Shown in pieces: positions 8,876-17,581 of a stretch of DNA of 21,781 nt (position 1 is the first letter of the stretch; each line of letters starts with the position of its first letter). The stretch covers positions 1 through 21,781 of the forward strand of contig RQSC01001099.1 in assembly GCA_013416795.1 (NCBI GenBank), written 5' to 3'. Below the pieces are notes generated by a model. The model was not told the DNA's origin and did no database searches. It saw only the letters and a list, made by a program, of their open reading frames with translations. This DNA is from Prasinococcaceae sp. CCMP 1430. Taxonomy: Eukaryota > Plantae > Prasinodermophyta. A program made the translations under genes and the position numbers.

Positions 8876-9073
8876 GCGGCGCACGCGGGCCCTCCGCCAT
8901 CCTCCCTCCCCGACCCACCCACCCACCCACCCAACTTCCCCCCCTCGCGTGGCGCCTCGCGTATGGCGCCGCCGAGCATGCCAGCATGCTCCACCCCCCC
9001 TTCCCCTGCAGTGCATCGCACGACACAGCTCAAGAGCTGGCCTCAACGACCAACCGACCGTTTGGGTTCGAAC

Positions 9074-9082
9074 AAACCCTAA
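9074..9082 (+). promoter_or_regulatory. Telo-box AAACCCTAA (overlaps a CTAAC...CTGCAG branch/acceptor-like motif)
   Basis: Exact match to the plant telo-box; function here untested. Confidence 0.35.
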
Positions 9083-9793
9083 CTTGTTCACTGCAGGCTC
9101 GTCAAATGCCGAGGTTGCGTTCTGCTACAAGGAACCCTCTTTTTCTGTTTACATGGGGATGGGGGGGGGGAGAACGCGTCGCTTCGCCGGACGCGACGCG
9201 ACTCGCGGCGGCGCTGCGCTGCGGCGCTGCGCTGCGCTGCGCGGCGAGGTGGAAGGGGTAGTCCCCCTTCCCTCGCCGCGCGAGGCGGTCGCGGCGGTCC
9301 TACCGGTGCTGCGCGCGCGCGAGCGCGCGGGCGGGCGACGGGGGGGGGGGAAGGGGGCGAGCGCCAGTGCCGCCGGCGCGCGGCCTTGGTCGCTGCACTC
9401 GGTGGGGCACCGAGTTTTGCTTTTGTGCCTCCGCGATCGATGGCGTACTCCACAAAAAAAAAAGTCAACAGACGGGAGAGTGACGCAGGCGCATTTTCGA
9501 TTTGATTTTTGATCGGAAATGCACTCTTCAGTACGTGTTCGTTGAGCGGATGCCACTACCTCTCACACACCCTTCCTGACGACCCCATCGACCCGCGATC
9601 TGATCTGGCGGTGACGCGCGCCAGGCGGGTGGGATTTGACGCGGGCATCGCTGGTGCGTGGTGTTTGACGTGGGTGCTGGCGCATTGTATTTTTCCTTGG
9701 GAGTCGCGTGCGCGTGTGATTTGACGTGCGGGTAGGGCGCGCGGGCGGCGCGCTCGCGCGCGCCCCCGTGCCACTGCGCGCGCGTGGCGCGCG

Positions 9794-9940
9794 NNNNNNN
9801 NNNNNNNNNNNNNNNNNNNNNNNNNNNNNNNNNNNNNNNNNNNNNNNNNNNNNNNNNNNNNNNNNNNNNNNNNNNNNNNNNNNNNNNNNNNNNNNNNNNN
9901 NNNNNNNNNNNNNNNNNNNNNNNNNNNNNNNNNNNNNNNN
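9794..9940. other. 147-N assembly gap
   Basis: Run of N; may hide the start codon of the downstream gene. Confidence 0.99.
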
Positions 9941-9941
9941 G

Positions 9942-12900
9942 AGCCCCGCCAAGCGGCCGCGCGTGCGGCCGCCGCGAGGGCAGCCGCAGGGCGAGGCCGC
10001 GGGTGCAGGGGCTGCCGGCGTGCAGGCCGACGGCGCGCCGACCGCCAAGGATCGTGGCTCGGACGAGTCAGATGAGGACGCACGCATGGTGGAGGCAGCC
10101 GAGGGCACCGACGCGCCTGCTGCGCCCGCCGTCCCGGAATTCAGCGATGCGAGGAAGGTAGCGTTGCGCGACCGAATCGCCGAGCTGGACCAGGACCAGA
10201 TCCGCCAGATCTTCGAAATCGTCAAGCGTGCCCACGAGACTGGCGAGGGCGAGGGCGACGAGATTGAGATCGACCTGGACTTTGATGCGCTCGCGCCGGG
10301 GACGCTGCGTGATCTGCAGGAGTATGTGGACGCGCTGCCGTCAGCCGCCGACGATGCGGGCGAGGGCGGCGAGGAAGCGCACCAGGGCGATGCGCCGGGC
10401 GCGGATGGTGCAGACGGAAAGGATGCTCGCAGCAGCGAGGAGCGACGGGCGAAACCGCAGCAAAGGGGCTTGAAGCGCCAACGCGACGAGAATGGCGGCG
10501 GAAGTCCCGGCAGCAGCCGGGGTCATGGCAGCGAGAGCTCCGGCGGGGAGGCGGCGGGGGACGGCGGGGAGGACGAGGAGATCGAGCAACCACGAAAACG
10601 CGATGGCGGTGACCACGGCAGTGGCAGCAGCGATCATTCGGGTTCTGTGCTCTCGATCGAAGAGGAATCTGACGACGAAGACGACGCGATTGCGTCGGCG
10701 CCGAGCGGAAGCGCACCCGACTTGTCACGAGCTGGCGCGCCCGGTAGCCACGCCGTGGACTTGAGCTCGGTGGCGCTGCCCGAGCCGTCGCGGTTGCAGC
10801 GCCAGTTGCCTGGCGCTGCTTGCAAGGACAGCTCGGGAGCCATTGACGGCGAGGTGCAGGCGTGGGCTGCACGCGAAGCAGAGAAACACGCTGCCAGCAG
10901 CGCGCAGAAGCAGAAACCGGCGGCCAAAGCGCCGCCGCCGGCGAAGAAGGCCAAAATGAGCCTGATGAGCGACATCCTGAAAAACATCGGGGGGGAGAAT
11001 GACGCGCAGTTCAAGCCGGCGTTTGAGATGACGCCCGCACCCGTGTGGCAGGGGTTGCTCACCGTGAGTGGCACGCGTTACTCAGCGCGTGCGCACGCCA
11101 CGCTACCGCCCGATGGCTGCGAGTCGGCCGATGAGTGGACCATCAAGAGAAAGGGCATGGACATGCTGCCTCCCAACTGGATCTGTGGAGAGGTCGCGCG
11201 GCGCGAGGACCTGCCTCACCGCTGGACACACACTGGCAACTTCGCCGTGCCACTTGAGGACGTGGCGTTCGTCATCTTCCCTGGGTCACCAGGCGACACG
11301 CCCGCCTACAACGGCCTTCTGAGGCACCTGGAGGTGACGCGCATGCCTTTGCGTATCATGCTCAATTCAGACGTACAGATGCTGGTGCTGCCCAACGTCG
11401 GCCTTCCCAACTGTGGCCAGGATCTGCACAGAGGACCATTCATCTGGGCTGCGATCATGCCCATCGAGGTGCGTGACGAGGGGTCACTCGTGCCAAAGGG
11501 ATCCCGCTCACCCACCCACGCGGCGAGCATTGCGCTCAGCTCGGTCCGTAGCATCCTCAAGCGACGAGGCTCCGTCGACTCCAAGGCGGCGACAGAGAAG
11601 GCCGCGAAGGAGGCTGAGGCGACGGTGCAGGCCGCTGCTGAGGTGATGCGTGCCTCCCGCGAGCAGTCAGGTCACACCAGCGAGAAGGCGGCGACCGCAA
11701 AGAAGGCATCGGCCGATGCCGAGGAGGCCGCGGCAGCTGCGGGTGGCGGCTCGCCCGCAGACAGCGCGTCTCCCGGTGGCGGAAATGCCGGTCAGCAGCA
11801 GGCACTTCCGCCGCTGCCATCGCAGCAGCCAGCACACTTCGGCAGCACCCCCGCTGAGCGTGCGTCGATGGTGGGTGCAGCGCCTTTCAAGGGCTGCAAC
11901 TTTATCTTGCCCGGGTGTGACGTAAGCAAGCCCGAGGTGTCCAGCGTGATCGCCGCGGCCGAGGCAGCCGGCGGCACATATCAGTCTCGCATGGGTCCTG
12001 ACGACCACGACAAGGTGGACGTGGTGGTGATGACCATCAGTTTTCTGCGCGCGCTGCCCGAGAATCGCTGGTTCGACCTAAATCGCCTGCAGCGCCGCCG
12101 CGGTGTTGTCTTCGTCAAGAACGTCGAGTATCTCAAGCTGTGCGTGCGCACGGGGCTGCGGCTCGACCCAACACCGCTGGGTATGGCGCTGTTCCCTCAG
12201 GGCGGCTTCGTGCTGGTTGACAGGCGGCTCTTTACGGCTTCGCCGCGCGCGGCCAGCAAGGTGCTCGAAGCGCTCGCGGCGACGAGCGCCTCGAGCGCGG
12301 CGCGCGAGGGCCTGCGCATGGCAGCGCTGATGCGTGCGCACCGTGACGACGAGGACACGAATCTGGGAGAGCGGCGATCCAGCGGGGAGCGCTGGGTGAT
12401 GAAACTTCCGCAGCAGGACGTCGACTTCCTGCGGCGTGCTGCCAACTCGAGTGCGCCCGGTGCGAAGATGGTGGCCAAGAGTGCGAGGGCAACGCTCGAC
12501 GCCCTCGCCGTCCATCGGCGCCGCGTTCTGATGATCACGCCCGAGGAGGAGTCGAAGAGCAAAAATGCACCCATCCCGCAGATCGTGCGCAACGCCGTCA
12601 AGATCGCCACAATCCTTGCCGAGAACTTCCGTTTCGCCATCCTGGTGACCAACGATCCAGAGTTGAGCGCCGCTGCTCGCCACCACCGTGGCCTGCTGCG
12701 CTGCTCTCTCGACAAGCTACCGGACATGCTGAAGAGCCTCGACAAGGACACTGGCAGCCTTGGCCTGGAGTTCGACTTCCTGTCCGATGAAAAGCCCTCG
12801 GGCAACGGCAGAGCGGCGGGCGAACAGGGGGTCGATGCCAGCGGGGACGGCAGCGGGGACGGCAGCGGGGGCGCAATTGGCAGCACAGGCGATGGTAGCC

Positions 12901-13247
12901 GGGATGACAGTGCCACGCCGCCGCCTGGGACGAGTGCGCGTAAGCGCAAGGTGAGCTTCTCCACTGAGGCTCTGGAGCACTGTGAAGCGACGGACGCCCA
13001 CAAGGCCGAGACATCTCCAGCGAGGCGGTCACCAATGAAGGAGCGGTGGATCGACCCAGAGGAGGCCTCGGCGGCCCCGGGCGCCTCGAGCGCAGCGACC
13101 TCGTTGTCGCTTGGTGCGCCCGAGAAGCCGGCCGCGGGGTCGTCGGTCGCATCGCCGAGTCCTGGCGCCGATGCAGGCGCCTCGGTGGCGGCTGCGAAAG
13201 TCGGTGCAGACGTGAATGATATGTGGGCAGACGAGTTCGGCGACTGA
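9942..13247 (+). CDS. Large nuclear protein: BET-type ET domain + SPOC + BRCT-like DomII + PIN-like domain (TASOR/Chp1-like C-terminal architecture)
   Basis: ET 10131-10328 (RKVALRDRIAELDQDQIRQIFEIVK...DEIEIDLDFDALAPGTLRDLQEYV). SPOC-like 11040-11462 (PVWQGLL...LPPNW...FVIFP...YNGLLRHL...QMLVLP...FIWAAI). BRCT-like DomII ~11883-12156 (PFKGCNFILPG...AGGTY...KVDVVVM). PIN-like ~12189-12731 (LFPQGGFVLVD...RWVMKL...RFAILVTNDPELSAAARHHRGLL). Basic NLS-like patches (KRQR, PAKKAK, RKRK). Start lies in the gap or at ATG 10086. Confidence 0.8.
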   Translation, partial: SPAKRPRVRPPRGQPQGEAAGAGAAGVQADGAPTAKDRGSDESDEDARMVEAAEGTDAPAAPAVPEFSDARKVALRDRIAELDQDQIRQIFEIVKRAHETGEGEGDEIEIDLDFDALAPGTLRDLQEYVDALPSAADDAGEGGEEAHQGDAPGADGADGKDARSSEERRAKPQQRGLKRQRDENGGGSPGSSRGHGSESSGGEAAGDGGEDEEIEQPRKRDGGDHGSGSSDHSGSVLSIEEESDDEDDAIASAPSGSAPDLSRAGAPGSHAVDLSSVALPEPSRLQRQLPGAACKDSSGAIDGEVQAWAAREAEKHAASSAQKQKPAAKAPPPAKKAKMSLMSDILKNIGGENDAQFKPAFEMTPAPVWQGLLTVSGTRYSARAHATLPPDGCESADEWTIKRKGMDMLPPNWICGEVARREDLPHRWTHTGNFAVPLEDVAFVIFPGSPGDTPAYNGLLRHLEVTRMPLRIMLNSDVQMLVLPNVGLPNCGQDLHRGPFIWAAIMPIEVRDEGSLVPKGSRSPTHAASIALSSVRSILKRRGSVDSKAATEKAAKEAEATVQAAAEVMRASREQSGHTSEKAATAKKASADAEEAAAAAGGGSPADSASPGGGNAGQQQALPPLPSQQPAHFGSTPAERASMVGAAPFKGCNFILPGCDVSKPEVSSVIAAAEAAGGTYQSRMGPDDHDKVDVVVMTISFLRALPENRWFDLNRLQRRRGVVFVKNVEYLKLCVRTGLRLDPTPLGMALFPQGGFVLVDRRLFTASPRAASKVLEALAATSASSAAREGLRMAALMRAHRDDEDTNLGERRSSGERWVMKLPQQDVDFLRRAANSSAPGAKMVAKSARATLDALAVHRRRVLMITPEEESKSKNAPIPQIVRNAVKIATILAENFRFAILVTNDPELSAAARHHRGLLRCSLDKLPDMLKSLDKDTGSLGLEFDFLSDEKPSGNGRAAGEQGVDASGDGSGDGSGGAIGSTGDGSRDDSATPPPGTSARKRKVSFSTEALEHCEATDAHKAETSPARRSPMKERWIDPEEASAAPGASSAATSLSLGAPEKPAAGSSVASPSPGADAGASVAAAKVGADVNDMWADEFGD

Positions 13248-13310
13248 CGAGGCATGAGCTTCTGTGTGTCCGCGGGGTGGAGCATGGAGGCGCAATGGAT
13301 GGGAGCTGCA

Positions 13311-13315
13311 TGTAA
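13311..13315 (+). terminator. TGTAA polyadenylation signal
   Basis: About 64 nt after the stop at 13247. Confidence 0.6.
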
Positions 13316-13478
13316 AAACAAAACGGTGCTGTACCTTGCACGTCTAGATGCACTCACAGCGGCGTGGTGGGCATACCCAGGACAATGTCTTGGCGCTGGT
13401 CGGCGCTTTTGCCGGTGGTGGTGGGCATCATGTCGTCTTCGTGGTCAACGAGGCCTATGAGCTTCGTGCGGGTGACCA

Positions 13479-13800
13479 TTAGGCCTCTGCGAGCATTTCC
13501 GCAGTGAGCTTAGCCGTGGAGGCAATCAGCGCAATCTTGTGCGCCTCCGCAGCGTGCAGTACGCTTGCGACCGCCCTGTCGAGCACCGTTGCCAACATTT
13601 CCTCGACCGTTGGACCCGACCTGTCGCTACAGGCTTGCACCTGCGCTGTCCCCTCCTCAGACCCCGCGCTCGGCGGCACACGCGCAGTGCACGCCGTCAC
13701 CACTGCGTTGCCGCGACCCGCAAGCGCCCCAGCATGAGCCTCCCAGAGCCCCTCAGCACTACGCGCCGCACCCGACCTCGCACGCGTCACTATCGCCCCC
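13479..13800 (-). CDS. Hypothetical protein, 3' part; start unresolved
   Basis: The C-terminal stretch SGPTVEEMLATVLDRAVASVLHAAEAHKIALIASTAKLTAEMLAEA* looks amphipathic and protein-like and fills an otherwise empty 1.2 kb; no upstream in-frame ATG and no recognised family. Confidence 0.3.
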
Positions 13801-14114
13801 GGGGCCGAGGCCTGCGTGCGGCTCGCCGCGGCGCGCGCCTTCGCCACCGAGCGGGTCACCGGGCCCGCCGCCGGGCACCGCGCAGGCCGCCGATGCGCGC
13901 GCCCCGCCCCGCGTCGCCACGGGGCCCATCTCTCGCCCGCGTGCGAGAGCAGGGAACCTTGCGCCGCGCAAGCGAGGCCGCCCCGCGCCTTCTGCCCCCT
14001 CACGGTCCCCGTTGCGCGTGGCGCCCACCGTCTGCTGCTGGCGCAGCGCCCGCGCGCGTTCGGCGCCGCGCGGGCGCCAGCCTGGCGTGGAAAGCCCCCT
14101 CGAGCCACATGACC

Positions 14115-14138
14115 GAACCCTGATCCCAACCCTAACCC
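14115..14138 (+). promoter_or_regulatory. Telomere-like/telo-box cluster (gaaccctgatcccaaccctaaccc) upstream of SPOUT1
   Basis: AACCCTAACCC at 14128-14138 plus a degenerate copy, followed by aaatatat; telo-boxes are established in plant promoters of ribosome-biogenesis genes. Confidence 0.35.
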
Positions 14139-14469
14139 AAATATATCTGCCGTAAAGCGCCCCTTCGCGCGCGCTCACATGTCAAACGCATCTACCATGC
14201 GCGGGACTTCCGCGCGCGCGCGCCCGTTCGGCGCCGCTCCCCGCGCGTCGTCCGCGGCGCGGCGCGGCTTGGAATTACGGGCGGGGGCTACGGTCGACTT
14301 CTGGCAGGTGAGGCGCGAGGCGAGCACGGGGTGGGAAGGGGCTCGGCGGCCGAGGGCGTGCGGTAGGGGGCTCGCGGGGGCGGGGGAAGGGGAGAGAGCG
14401 GGAGGGGTTGCGGCGCGGTGGGCGCGGTGGGCAGGCTGGGGCGGGGCGGGTGCGCTGCGGGCAGTCGCG

Positions 14470-15840
14470 ATGGGCCGCAAGGAGAAGGAGCACCGCGCGT
14501 GGTGCATCGCCAACGGCATCGAGCCCGTGGAGGAGAAGAAGTCCAACAAGCGCAAGGAGCGCGACGAGGCGCACGAGCAGCGCGCGGCCGAGGTAGAGTG
14601 TGAGGCACGCCGCCGCGAGGCCGCTCAGTCGTGGGGCGGGGCTGGTGGCGACGCCGCGGAGGGGCGTGGCGACGAGGGCCACGGCGATGGCCCCCAGCAG
14701 CAGGCCGAGGCGTGGGGCGGCGGAGGCGGAGGCGGCGGCAGCAACGAGCAGGTTGAGGACCCCGCCCGGGCCGCAGCCGCGGCCGCCGCAGACTATGGGG
14801 TCGCGCCGTCGCGTGCGCCACCGCGGCCGACCGAAGCGGGTCACGACTTGCCCACCCTGACCATCGCGCTGCCTGGCTCCATCGTCGAGAATACGCAGTC
14901 GTTCGAGCTCGCGACCGCGCTCGCCGGCCAGATCGCGCGCGCTGCTGCCGTGTTCCGCGTGGACGAGATCGTCGTCTTCGAGGAGGAAACCATGTCTGGT
15001 AGCAGCAAGTGGCGCTCCACAATCGGCGGCGGCGCGTCTGCCGGAGGTGGCGGCGACGGTCCGACGGTGTTCCTCGCGCGTGTTCTGCAGTACCTGGAGA
15101 TGCCGCAGTATCTGCGCAAGGCGCTCATCCCCATGCATCGCGACCTGCGCCTGGCTGGCCTGCTGCCGCCCACCGACATGCCGCACCACCCGCGGCGACA
15201 CGAGTGGTCGGTGTATCGCGAAGGTGTCACTGTCGGGGACGGCGCGAGCAGCCGCGGCGAAGGTACGCCGGTGGACGTAGGCCTGGACGCACCCGTGAGC
15301 ATCGCGCAGGAGCTCCCAAAGGGCATGCGCGTCACCGTGCGCATGGGGCCCGAGCCGCGCGTCTCTGGCGGGGATCGCGGCGGCCGCGGCTACGGCGGCG
15401 GCTACAATTACTCTGGAACGCATGGCAAGTGGGACGTCAAGGGCATCAAGGCCGCCGTGGCGCCCACCGAGCCGCGCGCGGTCGAGGGCGCCTACAACGG
15501 GTACACCGTGCGCTGCGCTTCGGGCCTCTCGGGCGTGTTCTCCGGCTGCCCGTGGGAAGGCGGCTACGACCTCTGCCTGGGCACATCCGAGCATGGCGTG
15601 CCGCTTAGCTCCGACGCGGTCAAGCCCGACCACAAGCACCTCATGGTGGTGCTGGGCGGCCTGTACGGCCTCGAGGCGAGCGCGAAGAGCGACCCACAAC
15701 TTCAGGGCGTTGACGTGGCGACGCTCTTCGATGCCTACATCAACACATGCCCGGAGCAGGGCTCGCGCACCATCCGCACGGAGGAGGCGCTGCTGATCAC
15801 ACTCAGCGCCATGCAACCGTTCATGCCCGCGTACGCGTGA
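14470..15840 (+). CDS. SPOUT1: SPOUT-family RNA methyltransferase, SPOUT1/C9orf114 (CENP-32) type
   Basis: TLTIALPGSIVEN...GQIARAAAVFRVDEIVVFEE, LQYLEMPQYLRKAL..H.DL.LAGLLPP.DMPHH, YREGV, YNGYTVR, YDLCLGTSEHG, VVLGGLYGLE and FDAYINTCPEQGSRTIRTEEALLITL. ATG at 14470 (MGRKEKE) preferred. Confidence 0.95.
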   Translation: MGRKEKEHRAWCIANGIEPVEEKKSNKRKERDEAHEQRAAEVECEARRREAAQSWGGAGGDAAEGRGDEGHGDGPQQQAEAWGGGGGGGGSNEQVEDPARAAAAAAADYGVAPSRAPPRPTEAGHDLPTLTIALPGSIVENTQSFELATALAGQIARAAAVFRVDEIVVFEEETMSGSSKWRSTIGGGASAGGGGDGPTVFLARVLQYLEMPQYLRKALIPMHRDLRLAGLLPPTDMPHHPRRHEWSVYREGVTVGDGASSRGEGTPVDVGLDAPVSIAQELPKGMRVTVRMGPEPRVSGGDRGGRGYGGGYNYSGTHGKWDVKGIKAAVAPTEPRAVEGAYNGYTVRCASGLSGVFSGCPWEGGYDLCLGTSEHGVPLSSDAVKPDHKHLMVVLGGLYGLEASAKSDPQLQGVDVATLFDAYINTCPEQGSRTIRTEEALLITLSAMQPFMPAYA

Positions 15841-15882
15841 GCACGTCCGGCGGCTCGCGCGGCGCCGCGCCCATGTACTGTA

Positions 15883-15887
15883 TGTAA
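15883..15887 (+). terminator. TGTAA polyadenylation signal
   Basis: About 43 nt after the SPOUT1 stop. Confidence 0.6.
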
Positions 15888-15897
15888 TCGAGGCTTC

Positions 15898-16747
15898 TTA
15901 CGCGCCAGTCCTGTTGTCACCATCGCAGGCGGCGGGCGCACGCATGCAAGCGCGTGGGCGTCGTGGGCGTGTCAGCAAGGACGCAGACGCGATGGCGAAT
16001 AGCACAGCGCGCGCAGGTGGCGCGTGGCGCATCGGCGGCGGTGAGCACGGGCGCTGCGGAGCGGACGTACACTAGCATCATGTCCACATCGCAGACGAGC
16101 TCGCCGTCGACGTAGGCCTCGCCGTGCATCTTGGCGATGCCGAAACGCTTGCGCATGGACGTGAGAGTCACCTTCATCTCAAGCGTGTCGCCCGGCACCA
16201 CCGGCTTGCGGAAGCGGCACTTGTCCACGCCGCCGAAGAAGAAGCTGCCCTTGGCGTCCGGATCGGCGTCGAGCATCACGATGCCACCCACCTGGGCCAT
16301 AGCCTCGACCTGCAGCACGCCCGGCATGATGGGCCTCTCGGGGAAATGGCCCGGGAAGAAGTTGTCGTTGATGGTCACGTTCTTGATGCCGATGGCGTAC
16401 TCGCCGGGCACGTACTCCTTGACCTTGTCGACCTGTGGACGCAGCGGGGCGCGGGCGGAGGGCGGGCGCGCCACCGACGGTCAGGCCCTGCTTCGTGCTC
16501 CAGGTCGCAGAGCAGCTCACCCCACTGCGCGGCTGCCCCGGGATATGCAGCGCGGTCGCGAGGGCGCGGCCCCGCAGGGCGGGAGGCATCGCAGGCGCGG
16601 GGTGCTTCGCCGGCGTGGGGCGCTCACACACACACAGCACACACAGCACAATCACACACACGCACCGACGATGCGAAAGACCGCGCGCCTGCGCGAGGCA
16701 GGCGCCGCCGAGGCGGTGGCGGCCGCGCGCAGCGTCGTGCACGCCAT
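15898..16747 (-). CDS. fabZ: Plastid 3-hydroxyacyl-ACP dehydratase, spliced; exons 16747-16666, [missing exon], 16432-16071, 15910-15898
   Basis: Core VDKVKEYVPGEYAIGIKNVTINDNFFPGHFPERPIMPGVLQVEAMAQVGG...GVDKCRFRKPVVPGDTL, with catalytic His and Glu. Exon 1 encodes transit-peptide-like MACTTLRAAATASAAPASRRRAVFRIV and ends at a GTGCGT donor. The predicted last intron gives ...DVDMMLVTGA*. Confidence 0.9.
15911..16070 (-). other. Spliceosomal intron (FabZ last intron)
   Basis: GTACGT donor at 16070, GCTGAC branch motif at 15976-15971; the first AG downstream is ACAACAG ending at 15911. Confidence 0.6.
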
Positions 16748-17477
16748 CCTCCGAGAGGAGGGGGTCGGCGGGTGAGTAGGCCGGTCTGAGGGCGGGTGGG
16801 TGGGTGGGTGCGAGAGGCTCGCCCTGCGCGTCAAGTGGCGGCACGCCGCGTGCCCCTGCCTCCCCCCTGCCCCCCCACCCCCTCCCCCACCCATCGCCCA
16901 CAGCCCTTTTCTGTGGCTGTGTTTCGCGGTGGCGCCCCGCGGATCGCGCGCGCGCGCGCGCCGAAACCGCGGATTTCGCGCCGCGCGCAAAAAAACGCCA
17001 TGCGAACGACCCCGTCTTTCTTCCGCGGGCCGAATGAACGCGCGCGGTCGGGCCAAAAAACGAAAGCGCGATATGGTACGTACAGTACAGTCGTACGAGA
17101 ACAAGCATAGCTGGAAGGCAAACTGGGCCTCCAGCGCGCGCGCCCCGCCGTGCGTCCGCGCCTCCGCCTCAGCCTCAGTCAGCCCCGCCCAGACCCTCGC
17201 GCAGAGAGGAGCCCTCGCGCCGGCGCCGCTCGAACCAACCACCAACCACCCAACCACCCAACGCAGCGGCGACTCCTTGCTTGCCCTCCCGTCCCACCCA
17301 CCGACGCCTGGCTGGCTGCTGCGAGCCCAGAGAGATGTCCCGCGACTGCAAAGCAAGGGGGCGCGCGGGTCGTCAGGCGCGTCGGGCACGCCCCACAGCC
17401 GCAGCGGTAAGTTGATCGCCAGCGAGACTGTCCACAGCGCGGCGTGCGTGCGCCAGGCGGGGGAGAGCACCACGCGC

Positions 17478-17478
17478 N
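17478..17478. other. Single-N assembly gap
   Basis: N at 17478 in a GC-repeat context. Confidence 0.9.
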
Positions 17479-17581
17479 GCCGGGAGCGCGGCGGGTGGCC
17501 CGTGGTGGCGCGACCGCCTGGCGCCGCGCCCCCCCAGCCGGCTCCGTGCGTGCACGGGCGCGGGCAGGACTTGGGCAGGCC

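Noticed and set aside
2947-15840. Idea that the dead ALKBH, the ET-SPOC-PIN gene and SPOUT1 form an RNA-modification gene cluster
   Set aside because: Unrelated genes and assembly gaps intervene; such co-occurrence is unsurprising in a compact genome and there is no synteny evidence.
16670-16777. Plus-strand peptide ARSVVHAILREEGVGG followed by GTGAGT, resembling a mitochondrial-carrier exon
   Set aside because: It is the antisense of FabZ exon 1 and its 5' UTR; no other carrier exons or PxD/ExxK/R signature nearby.
17080-17477. Minus-strand segment AWRTHAALWTVSLAINLPLRLWGVPD...QFAFQLCLFSYDCT next to the N at 17478
   Set aside because: It could be the end of a gene cut by the gap, but I recognise no family and it cannot be the missing FabZ exon; too weak to call.
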